Positions 12,574 through 24,412 of a stretch of DNA of 64,000 nucleotides are shown here, one piece after another; position 1 is the stretch's first letter, and each line of letters starts with the position of its first letter. The notes beneath the pieces were generated by a model. It saw only the letters and a list, made by a program, of their open reading frames with translations. It made no database searches and was not told the DNA's origin. The DNA is from Macrostomum lignano. Taxonomy: Eukaryota. Location: positions 1-64,000 of the forward strand of contig NIVC01002623.1 in NCBI GenBank assembly GCA_002269645.1, written 5' to 3'. The translations under genes were made by a program, and so were the position numbers.

Positions 12574-13401
12574 ACTTACTGTCTCTGCTACGAAGGGCGG
12601 ATACTTAGCAGGATTTTTCTTATGACTTAAGTATCAAATCGGGAAGCCACGCCCATGCCCTCGGCAACCAATAAAGCGTGAGGCCTTAATCAGTGCAATC
12701 GATTGGCAACGTTTGGTTTCAATTTCTTCCGTCGTGCAAGCTCGATCTGCACAAGGAATTTCAGAGCAATTAAAATTTAAACTCATGGATTTTCGATAAA
12801 AGCCTTTAAGACTAGATTGATCGCAGCAGAGTATATTGATCGATGAGAATTATTGACTGTGCTCTCAAAACTCAATTTGTTTCTGCTTCATGCACGAGCT
12901 CGCATTATTGCAAGAAGTGAAATCGAGGAGCATCAAAAGAAGGAAATCGTTGGTAAATCTTTTAAAAACGTTTTTTGTTACATTTTTTAAAACCCACAGG
13001 GATCAGCTTTTCAGCTACCTTTGATAAACGAAAATAGTTGATAATTTTTCTCGTATTTTTTCTAGTCAGTCAATGTTTACGAAATCGATTCAGTGAGTTA
13101 AACCGACATATTCACAGGCCATTTGCTGTTGTCAACCCGAGGTTCTCGAAGTCAATGACATTTAAGAAATCATTGACTGTCGCTCAGCTCAGCTCAAGGT
13201 GACAAGGTGATAAGATAACACGATTGGCTCTGTCACTCTGACACGCAACTGATAACGACTGATTTCAACGTAAAATGCACCGCTATTGTTCTCACTTGGG
13301 AGTTCATGGTTGACAATATTTTGTTGAACCCTTTTTAATATGAGACGCTATGCCAGCCTTTAAGTACACGCTCTTCAGACAGTTCACGCATTCCACGATG
13401 C

Positions 13402-13696
13402 AATAATAATAATAATAAATAATTGGTTACACCTGCCCTAATGAGCAGATGTGCAACCGACAGCTCAGCCGCAGCTGAAGGCTGCTTACGGCTGTTCAGT
13501 CCAGGAACTGGGGGTCGCCACACACACCCTAAACTACCCCAGCGAGTTCTGGTGCCCATTTTACAGCTGGGTGAACTGAAGCAATGCAGAGTTCAGCGTC
13601 TTGCTCAAGGACACAAATTGTTCCGAGTGGGTCGAGAATCGAACCCCCGACCTTTCAGTCGTGAGTCCAACGCTCCAAAAACTAGACTAAAACCCC
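13402..13696 (-). mobile_element. tRNA-derived CORE-type SINE, near full length
   Basis: Minus strand: tRNA-like head with A box TAGTCTAGT..TGG and B box GGTTCGATTC, then TGTGTCCTTGAGCAAGACGCTGAACTC...CAGTT..CAGCTGTAAAATGGG matching the MIR/CORE consensus, and an (ATT)n tail at 13402-13420. Confidence 0.75.
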
Positions 13697-14196
13697 TCAC
13701 TAGGCTACAACCCCGGTGTAACTGTAGAAATTTTTTGTGAACATACGCTTGGGCTAAATTAACAAACAATTAAAATTAAGACTCCCAGTTCTCATCGACT
13801 ATTTTGAATGCGGTTTAGCTTTGAATTTTATAGAACAAAAAATTGTTATTAATTGTAATTTATACTTAATTTTTGCTTTTTCGACCACTAATTTCACTCT
13901 CTCTGACTAGAGGCTGTGGAGATATCAGGAGCTTCCTTCGCCAGGCAGTATAGCCCAGGGTTTTACCGAGAGCTGCATGATTTTATCACGACTCTACAAG
14001 CTGACTAAATCCATGTTGTAACAGCTGATTCAATTTTCGAGTTCACACGAGAAGAAAATGTAGCGGGCGTGGCTTGTACACGTATGCTGGAGTCGAATTT
14101 TAGGGAATTTTTTATACAGGATAATCTACTGTAAAATTGAGAGTTGCCCTCAAAGATGTCAAGAGGCAGATGGACATAAAAGAAGGGGGCTCCGAA

Positions 14197-14310
14197 CGGG
14201 TGACTACTGACAGACGGGTGACTACTGACAGACGGGTGACTACTGACAGACGGGTGACTACTGACAGACGGGTGACTACTGACAGACGGGTGACTACTGA
14301 CAGACGGGTG
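14197..14310. repeat. 18-bp tandem repeat x6 (CGGGTGACTACTGACAGA)
   Basis: Perfect units read directly. Confidence 0.95.
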
Positions 14311-14699
14311 ATGGACAGCGTCTGCAACCTTCTGACCGCCAAGCAGGAAATATCGAGTGACTTCCTTGAACCTCGAGAGCCAATTCAATCAATTTCAGCG
14401 TTGAAACAAGTTCAGTGAGTTTGTCACAAAATTGAGACATTGAGAGTATATTTTCATTCCAAGATGACTGAGCAGATGTCAGCAAGTACAAGATAAATTT
14501 TATTGCAATCGATTAGACTGATGGAGCCATCAAATCTTAAAGTCTATAAAGATATCTTTCTGGCAACGACAAACATTATCATTATTTCTTCGCGTGTTAA
14601 TGTCTTTTTGACCATGCGCCTAATTTACTTCAGTACCTCCTCAAGCTCTGAAGTTTGAGCCCTTTTCTTGGGGACGATAGATTTTGATAACTCCATTGC

Positions 14700-17120
14700 C
14701 CTACTTAATTACTTAACTCGTAGGTACTACTTAATTACTACTGACGAAGGGCACAGGCCCCAATCGCAACCCCAAGCTAACACAGAATTAAAGACGCTAA
14801 CCTCGGGCTGCGCCCACCCGGCGTCTGTAATCTTCATCCGGCCGGTGTCCCGGACGAATGCGCACAGGTCACGGATCCGGTCCAGGCTGTCCAGGGTGGC
14901 CAGCTCGTCCAGCCTTAGCGGGCATTCGAGATGGTGTCTCCGCGCTTCGTTGAAGTGCGGGCAGAAGGTGACGTGGTGCGCGGCAGTTCTGGGTTAAATG
15001 GGAGAGCAGCTTTTTTCTCTTTTGTTAAATATGTCTCTGGAAGAAGCCAAGGTCAGTGATGGCCATGGGCATCTTCCTGAGGTCAGTTTACTCAAGGAGA
15101 TTAGGTGTTTATGGCAGGCATCGCCGTTCGTGTTTGCCATTATTCCGAGCAGTGCAGCTGGTGTTGATGTCCTAAACATTTGTGAGTGGCGCAGTTGACG
15201 GATGATTTCGGGGCAGGCAGCTTGATCGACCGGTGCGCTCTACCCGGGATGCTGCCTCGTTTGGCGAGTTGATCCAACAGCTCACTGCCAAGGATGTTGC
15301 TGTGGCCTGGTTTCCTGAGCACGTTGATCTTTTTAAGGATCGCTAGCTTTAGCTTTGTACAGCTGCTTTTAACATTGATTTATGGTTATGACCGAGATGA
15401 AGGCTCTCTTGCAGGATCGCCTCACCCTTGTGGAAAACGGCGATGCCCGCACCGGCCATGCTATCGCACAGGATCCGTCAGTGAATCAGTGGGTGCCCTG
15501 ACTTCTTCCGGTTGACGCCCACATCCAGTGGGTGGCTACCTCGCGGCGGGATGGTGTACCTGAGTCTTTTCCTGGGATGAGCGAGGGGTTTACAGACCCA
15601 CCTACAGTACGTACAGGTTGAGGTGGATGTGTTGAAGATCGCAACGGATATAATCCAGGTAGGAAATAAGCGTCCTCTCAGGGATAAAGCCGGAGGGGGA
15701 GTTACGAGGGGTAGTAATGGCTTTATCACAGGTTAAGCGCGTGGCACCTCTTATCGTCTCAGCTCGGATAACCAGGTGCAGCGGAGGCATGTTGAGGATG
15801 GTTTTGAGCCCCTCGTAGGGGGTAGATGAGTTCGCATGAAGGCTCCGCAGATGCTACCTGTAGCTGATACAGCCGATCCCGCACCGTTTTCAGCTCCAAC
15901 GCGCTAGAACAAATGAAACATGCGTCAGTGATGCTGAGTCGGATGATGCCCGTGTAGATCCATCGGACCATCATGGAAGAGAGCCCCCAGGTAGGCCCGA
16001 TGGCTCTCTTCACTTGAGCAAAACATCGCTTAGCGCGCCCGATCATTGGCAACATACTTGGTCCAACGCAGATCATGCGAGAGTGTCGCCCTAGATATTT
16101 TATTTCCATGACTAGGGGGATGCCCCTGGCATAGATGGTAAATTTCCACATGCTCCACTTCCGCTTAGTGGTGAAGATAATGGCCACAGTCGTGGCGGTG
16201 CTAATATAGCTTCTTGCAAGCCATTTGATACTACGAGAAAGCAATTTAATAATCAGTTTCGTCCGGGTGACGGTGCCTTCCATCTGGGCGTCAGTCAGTG
16301 TCCCGCTGGCCGCGCGTACACAAATCTTATCGAGAGGCTCAGCCACCACCTTGGCGTAAGAGCTGGTTGTCTCTCTACCCATGGAGCGCTTCGGATCCAG
16401 AGGAGCAATGGTACGGTCTTCCGGCTGCTGGGCAGTGCTGGGTTTAAAAATGCTTTAAAAATCAGCTCGGCAGATTTTTCTGTTCTCGTTCGCGCCATCG
16501 CGCTGCCTAGGTCTCCACTGGTGGGAGTAGAAGTTTCCCTGCTTGGGGTAGCACCCGCGCGAGCTACGTGGAGAGAAAAGCCTCCGAGTTGGAGGTTTGG
16601 TGGATTTTCGAACCCCCCTCCCGTCCGCAGGAGCATTTAATTCAAAATCCACTTTGAAATGGGGAAGAGAATTGTTAGAAATTAATAAAAAAAAAGTTCG
16701 GCGCCCGGATATACCCCCAGTCAGCCAGAGGCTAACACCTGCGAACTCCGACGAACAGAAGGAAGGCTTTGGGTCACCGTCTTCAACCAGGGTTTCCTTC
16801 CTGGCCAAGCTCCGGAAGGCGCCCGGTCTACACTCTACAAGATGAGGGGCGGGTCGGGTGCAGGGTCGGGTTCACAATGCTAGGTCGGGTTGACTGTCAG
16901 CACTGTTTCCCCTCTTCCACAGGTCCGGCACTTGTGAACCCTTTCACTATTCACCTTGCAGCCTACCCCGAGAATAGGCAGCGGGGGGACCCCGTCGTCC
17001 ACCAGCAGAGAGCGAAAGGAAGGCGAGCTCGCCTTCGGAAAAGGCGAAAAGCTGGCAGATGTTACAGAGTCCCTCGGTTTGCAGGCGCCCTTAGCCCCCT
17101 TCATTACCCTAAGAGGTACT
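14700..17120 (-). mobile_element. Internally deleted LOA/R1-like non-LTR retrotransposon (ORF1 remnant + RT C-half + RNase H + CCHC tail)
   Basis: ORF 15759-16382 contains IKYLG and KRAIGPTWGL...WIYTGIIR (R1/LOA RT). FTDGS..GAGIAVF at ~15430-15485 (RNase H). [16 protein letters not shown]...FVRDTGR at ~14840-14990. The N-terminal RT and endonuclease are missing. Confidence 0.75.
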
Positions 17121-18735
17121 TTTGTACTTTGAAGTTGGATTCACAAAGGAAGATTTATCTAGTTCTTCTCTGTGTTAAAACTCGCCATAACTTTCGGCTT
17201 AAATACGCAGAAAACCGTTGCTCAAACGTATTTTGCTTTAGGAATAGCATGAAACATTGTACGGGCTAATATGGTAGCTCCTAGTTTTGATCCATCACAA
17301 AAAATCGCAATTTGATCCTCTTCGGAGTGTCATATATGTGAGATTATGGCTTAACAACTTCAGCTAATAACCCATCTTGTCGTGAATGTGGATGCATTGA
17401 CCTACTCGTAGTACTCGTAGATTTGAAATGCATCTTTAATCTCAAATACACATGGGAATTGCGACAGCTTAGCTCCTGGTTTAAATCCTGCAGCGCCCAT
17501 GACGATCAATTTCAAGCTTTTCCTGCTCGTCGAGGTCCACTGCGCTTGCATGCATGACATTTTATCACAGGCTTGAGTAGTTTAAGCTTAACTAACTCAA
17601 GTTTCTGGGCGCAACTGATAGATTTCTTGCTGCTTCACTTCATACGTGTATCAAGAAATTCAATCTGATAAATGGCTTGCAATAAGCCACCGTTAAAAGG
17701 TGGCGCTACTAGCGCTCACCACTGCACATTGCACAAGCATGGACTAAACTGAGGGAAGGACAATGTCAATATTTTAATAACTCATTCAGTGGTTATTCTC
17801 TCTCCCTTAGTCGCTATTCTCGCTAAATTTCTGTCAACTTTTAATGTCAATTGTGCAAAAATTTGTTCGCAATACACATAGGAGATCGATTCAATCACGG
17901 AAATGCTGCTCAGGAACACCACCTTGAGACAGTGATAGGCCGAAAGGGCTGATTGGATCTTCGGATGGTAAGATATTCTACGTTCATAAGTTATAAATCT
18001 CATATTGCAATATCAAGAATATTTCCTGCCATATCTGCTGCAGCAATTAACTTTTTTTACTAGATGTCTCTACCGAAGATTGCAGTGACGTGACACCACA
18101 TAGCAAAATCCAATATCCCTCAACTCTCAAACCCGTGATTGCTTAGTAAGGGTGGGGAAAATCTCTGATCGATAAGGCAAAATGTTACAAAGCATGGCTT
18201 TAGTTTTCGGATTCGTCCAGACCTAACAGCTGTGACTATTCAGCTGGAATCAGAAAGGAACGCTCGATAAATGAGAAATGCAAATTCATCTCTTTTATCT
18301 TTCATCAATTCACTCTACGCAGGGAGTAGACAGTCGAATTGCGCTGAAACTTTGCTCATTCTGCCTGGAATGCTGAGCCAGAACCGATGTTAGTCGCAAA
18401 TCTATTATTGCGAGCTGAAACTTGTGAACCAGCGCACGCTGTAGGAAACAGCGTTCTGACCATTACCGTAATGAAACTGCAGCGAAGCACGCGAATCAAT
18501 ATCCTGATAAAACCGTGCCCACGTTTCAGCTTTATCACAACCCGTTCCCCAATATTCTGGTCAAAAATCTGATTGGGTCAAAAAAGTTTCGACAGTATGA
18601 AGCCGGACAGACATCTCTTTAGGCCAAATATAAAAAACTGCACGACTTTACCGAGAAAAATGCTTTCTTGACGCCTCGTACAGGCTCGTGAAGCAGTTAA
18701 CCGTCTTGACAAAACGAGTCCAAAGTCCTACTAAC

Positions 18736-21534
18736 ATGGTATCTTGGGTAACCAGCCGCATCTTTGTATACACGTTTTTATTGAGCACTCTGGCAGCTCC
18801 ATCGTCTGAACAGCAACTGCAAAAGCAGCAGCTGAGCTGCCATTCAGGCAGCCTGTTCAGCTTGGCTGTGGTGCAGACCTCCCGATACCAGTGCAACTCG
18901 CCAGCGAATGTCCTGACGGAAGTCGAGTTTCTTCGGTCACTAACTCCGATCTATGCATTACGGTTGGCCAACAAGCGTCTTAAAGGCACTCTGCCGTCAA
19001 CGCTAGCAGCACATCCTGCCATTGGAATGGTGTTTTTGGATACCTGTCTTGACCAGCAGGCCACCGTGAGCCTCGCCAAGCACTTACGACCAGCTGGGCT
19101 ATCAGGAATTTCCTCCGCAAACCTCTGTAACCTGGTTATACCGCTCCTGGGTGCAAATTTCTACCCGGTGCATGCCGTGGCCGCTGGCTGGTACAGCAGC
19201 ACCACTCAGCTGGTGTCCACCTTGATTTCTGCGCACAGAATCCCGCAGCTTGCCACAGAGGCCAGCAGCGATGCCCTGTCGGATAAGGTCCAGTTCCCCA
19301 ATGTCTACCGGCTGGTTCCACCAGACAGCTACCAGGCAAAAGCTGCTGTCGATCTCATTCTACGACTCAATTGGACATACATTGGCATACTGTACCGAGA
19401 TGATGTGTATGGGCGAGGCTTGTTGCAGAGCACACGTCTGCTTCTGCAGTCGGCTCGGCTCTCTGGAAGTAACAAAAGCGTCTGCATCGCCTTTATGTCA
19501 GCCATCAACACTTTCACGCCCGTGTCTGAAGTTTTACAGACGATTCGGGAACGAAAACACCTGAAAGCTTTTTTGATTTATGAACTCTTCGAACATCTAC
19601 CTGAACCAATTCTTACTGAAGTTTTTAACGAGGGAGGAATTATTGTAACCTCAGACACAAATACAGTGCCCTACAAAAAGTTCACACAAGGTGCTCTCTA
19701 CATCTCCTTCCCATCATTTTCCACGCCCGACCTCATCCAGTTCTACCACTCGCTGAACGGATCTGAGGTCCTCGGCTATCCGTTCGGCGAACAACTGCTC
19801 CGACTTCTGTTCAACTGCACATTGGATAGCGCTGCATCGTGCTGCTCTGACGGCAGTTGCAGAGTCGGCTCAAAGTCGAGTCTATCAATCGACTCTGAGG
19901 TGGCTCCTGTCGCAAGACTTCTGGACTCAATCAACATTCTGGTCTCGTGTATCGAGCGGGTCGCTCTGGTCGATTGCGCGACAAAGTGGCCGAATGTTAC
20001 GGCTGTGAGTGCATGTGTCACAGGTCCGAAGGTGATGAAGCTGCTTGCGAACTCCAGCTTCCTTTTCATGCGAACCGGAAACGTGAGCTTCGACTCGAAC
20101 GGTGACGGGTCGCCGGCCTACGAGATTCGTCAGGAGCAGCCGGACGGTCAGCTGGTGAAGGTCGGAACGTGGATGGAGTCAGCCGGTCTTACGTTGAGCG
20201 ACCTCACACCTATTCGATGGTGGCAGAACTCGAGCTCCGATCAGCATGCAGCTCAGTCGGAACTGCCAAAGTCATTCTGCAGTGCTCCGTGCAGTGCTGG
20301 CGAAATCAAGTTGGAGACAGATGCTTGCTGCTTTACGTGCAAGCCGTGCTTCAAGCAGGAGATCGTGTCCGATGATGGCAAGTCGTGTCTGTCGTGTTCG
20401 GAGTTTCACTGGCCCAGTCAAGACCGGCTGAGCTGCGAGTCGATACCGGTGTACGCGTGGAGAGACGGACTGCAGTTTCCTGTGCTGCTGGCGTGTCTCG
20501 CTCTACTCTCGATCTTCCTGGTCGTCGTACTCGCTCTGTTCATCAACCGTCGACACCACAAGCTCATCAAGGCCTCGTCGATACACTTGTCCGTCACGTG
20601 CATGTGTGGGAACCTTCTCGGTCTAGCGTGTCTCGGTCTGTTCGTTGTAGACAGCTCGCACGTAATGTGCAATGCTTTGAACTGCGCATTCCAGCTCAGC
20701 CTGACTGCTTGCTACGCGAGTCAGTTGGTGAAGACCCTTCGCGTCCATCTGATCTTCTCTGCATCCAGAGTGGGTCGTCCGGTACCTTGGCTCGCGCGAC
20801 AGAAGCCGATGCTGATGATGCTGGCCGCAGTCATTTTCGGAATGGTGAGGAAATTCTGTAGGACAAATGCATGACATGCTGTAGGACAAATGCAGGACAT
20901 GCTGTAGGACAAATGCATTACATGCTTTAAAGACTAATGCAGAACAAATGTAGGACATGCTGTAGGACAAATGCAGGACATGCTGTAGGAAAAATGTGTA
21001 GCTACGAGCATATGACACGCACCAGCAAATGAGATTAGAACCCATCCATGCGGTGCATTGCAGTGCCTGCTGCTTAGCGGAGTGACCGTGTTCCGACCAC
21101 TAAGCTCGGAGCTCAAACAGATTGTGACCGATCCTTCGGTCCGACCAGTCGTGGAGAAGAACTGCGCGATCGCGACCACGGCGTTCTGGGCTCCGCTGTG
21201 CTGCAACCTGCTGATCCTGACTGTCACGTGCGGCCTGTCGCTGAAGACCCGATCGCTTCCGGACAACTTTCACGACACCAAGTGCATCCTGGCTTGCGGA
21301 GTGTCCGGCCTCTTCTTGTGGTCGGCGTTCGTTCCGTCCGCTCTTTCGGCCAGCTCTCTGACTACCGCAATGTTGCTGCTTGCGTTCTCGTCCAGCCTCA
21401 CGCACGCGCTGCTGCTGTCGATCCTGTTCGCTCCGAAGCTGTACGCAGTGTACGCGAGGCCCGAGGCAGAGAACAACATCCAGTTCTACACCAATAACCC
21501 TGCAACCATATCTACTACTCCAACTATGCAGTAG
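18736..21534 (+). CDS. Class C GPCR (mGluR-like) copy 3, intact, ~859 aa, two exons
   Basis: ATG 18736; exon 1 to 20844; intron GTGAGG...TTGCAG 20845-21063 (phase 0, FGM|CLL); exon 2 21064-21534. Signal peptide, VFT, nine-Cys domain and seven hydrophobic helices with class C motifs KTLRV, KTRSLPDNF, PKLY. Confidence 0.92.
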
Positions 21535-21799
21535 GAATTTAATGGTAAAGAATTCTTTGGATATGGATAAAAATATGAATGTAAGGAAGCCGGTTTTTTC
21601 AATTCGGTATTGCACTGTGCATGCAGAGTCAAGTAGCGGAATTGTGTTCTTTTGCTGTTGTGTAATTGACAGTTTAAAAATATCTTTCGCATCCATTGTT
21701 TCAGAGTATTAGTGTGTATCAATGCAAGTAATTCGTTACGAGAGTTAAATAGGAACGAAATATTTTAAGATTTCTTCTTGGGCCTTTGAGTTTATTTAC

Positions 21800-24080
21800 C
21801 ATTAGCTCTTTGAGTCCTACATGTAAAATATGCTCACTTTTGCTCTAAGAGTTCATGTAACATCTGCTCTATGAGTCCCATGTAGCGCATGCTCGACAAT
21901 GAGTCCTATGTACACGTAACACTTTGTGACGACGTCGTTAACATCTTAAATTTTTAGTTTCTATGTGAGTTTTTATTACTTAAAATTATTGTAGTTGATT
22001 AATTTGCAGGTTCCCCAGCTATTAATTTAATGTAATTTATTTAGAAAAAAATGTACTTTAAGTTTTATTTATTTAAGTCCAAGTTATTACTACTTTTTTG
22101 ATAGATATCTTAGGTTTAAATGAATCGGATTTCCCCGCCAATTTAAATGTTGCCTCGCGCTCGTTAATTGTACTTTCCTCTACTTGGCGTGTTGTCTCGT
22201 GCCCTGCGTGTCAACACTACTACTAATTGAACTAGCTAACGAATAAATAATTAAATAAATAATTAATTAAATAACCGCTTACTAAATCTCGAACTCGCTA
22301 CGTCTACGCCACAACTTGCTCTACTATGGGTCCCTTGACTTAGCAACAGGGCTGTCCCAGAGGGGGACACTATGAGCCCCATGTATCACCTGCTCTATGA
22401 ATCTTATGTAACCCTTTCTCTATGAGTCCCATGTAACAGATGCTCTATGAGTCTCATGTAGCCCTTTCTCTAAGAGTCCTATGTAACACTTGCTCTACTA
22501 TGATTCCCACGTAACACTTGCTCTACTATGAGTCTCATGTAATACTTGCTCTACTATGAGTCTCATGTAATATCATGTACATAATATCATAACATATTAC
22601 AATAACATAATATCATAACATATTGTAACATATTACAATAATAACAATATAAGTACACATAATATCACTTGCTCTACTATGAGTCCCACGTAACACTTGC
22701 TCTACTATGAGTCCCACGTAACACTTGCTCTACTATGAGTCCCACGTATCACTTGCTCTACTATGAGTCCCACGTAACACTTGCTCTACTATGAGTCCCA
22801 CGTATCACTTGCTCTACTATGAGTCCCATGTATCACCTGCTCTATGAATCTTATGTAACCCTTTCTCTATGAGTCCCATGTAACAGATGCTCTATGAGTC
22901 TCATGTAGCACTTTCTCTATGAGTCCTATGTACCTGGTAACACTTGCTCTACTATGAGTCCCACGTAACACTTGCTCTACCATGAGTCTCATGTAATACT
23001 TGCTCTACTATGAGTCCCATATATCACCTGCTCTATGAGTCCTATGTAACACTTGCTCTACTATGATTCCCACGTAACACTTGCTCTACTATGAGTCTCA
23101 TGTAATACTTGCTCTACTATGAGTCTCATGTAATATCATGTACATAATATCATAACATATTACAATAACATAATATCATAACATATTGTAACATATTACA
23201 ATAATAACAATATAAGTACACATAATATCACTTGCTCTACTATGAGTCCCACGTAACACTTGCTCTACTATGAGTCCCACGTAACACTTGCTCTACTATG
23301 AGTCCCACGTATCACTTGCTCTACTATGAGTCCCACGTAACACTTGCTCTACTATGAGTCCCACGTATCACTTGCTCTACTATGAGTCCCATGTATCACC
23401 TGCTCTATGAATCTTATGTAACCCTTTCTCTATGAGTCCCATGTAACAGATGCTCTATGAGTCTCATGTAGCACTTTCTCTATGAGTCCTATGTACCTGG
23501 TAACACTTGCTCTACTATGAGTCCCACGTAACACTTGCTCTACCATGAGTCTCATGTAATACTTGCTCTACTATGAGTCCCATATATCACCTGCTCTATG
23601 AGTCCTATGTAACACTTGCTCTACTATGATTCCCACGTAACACTTGCTCTACTATGAGTCTCATGTAATACTTGCTCTACTATGAGTCTCATGTAATATC
23701 ATGTACATAATATCATAACATATTACAATAACATAATATCATAACATATTGTAACATATTACAATAATAACAATATAAGTACACATAATATCACTTGCTC
23801 TACTATGAGTCCCACGTAACACTTGCTCTACTATGAGTCCCACGTAACACTTGCTCTACTATGAGTCCCACGTAACACTTGCTCTACTATGAGTCCCACG
23901 TAACACTTGCTCTACTATGAGTCCCACGTAACACTTGCTCTACCATGAGTCTCATGTAATACTTGCTCTACTATGAGTCCCATATATCACCTGCTCTATG
24001 AGTCCTATGTAACACTTGCTCTACTATGAATCCCATGTAACACTTGCTCCATGAGTCCTATGTAACTATTGCTTTATGAA
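21800..24080. repeat. 28-bp satellite (CACTTGCTCTACTATGAGTCCCACGTAA) with 563-bp higher-order repeat
   Basis: An AT-rich spacer AATATCATGTACATAATATC... recurs at 22569, 23132 and 23695. Confidence 0.9.
21925..22313 (+). mobile_element. Solo LTR (389 bp), Gypsy-like, inserted in the satellite
   Basis: TGTGACG...CGCCACA ends, 4-bp TSD ACTT (21921-21924, 22314-22317), AATAAA cluster ~22243-22270. Removing it restores the satellite unit GTAACACTTGCTCT. Confidence 0.75.
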
Positions 24081-24412
24081 TTATATCTAACACTAGTGTC
24101 AAGAGCTATATTTTTTTGTACCTTGTATTTATGGACTAATTTGTATTTTTAGCATACTACCACGATCTAGTATCTGTAAACATAAAATGTACCGCTTATT
24201 GGAAACATAACCTCCACCAAGAACCAAAAAGTGTTGCAAAATACGTGGACAGCCCAGTCTGTTCATTCTAATCCGCTTCAGTTTTCTATAGAAGAGAGTC
24301 TAATATCAGATAATGATGGGGCTAACAAGTACAACAATGACTACTGTGACAAGTGAGAAGTCAAATCCAATTCAAGTGAGAAGTGAGAAGTAGAGATGAA
24401 GATTCGTAACCG

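Noticed and set aside
10482-21696. Alternative-frame and antisense ORFs overlapping the GPCRs (e.g. 10482-10958, 20385-20861, 21100-21696)
   Set aside because: Shadow ORFs of GC-rich coding sequence; duplicated only because the GPCR block is duplicated.
21800-24080. CRISPR-like repeat/spacer appearance
   Set aside because: The spacers are identical to each other (higher-order satellite), no cas genes, eukaryotic context.
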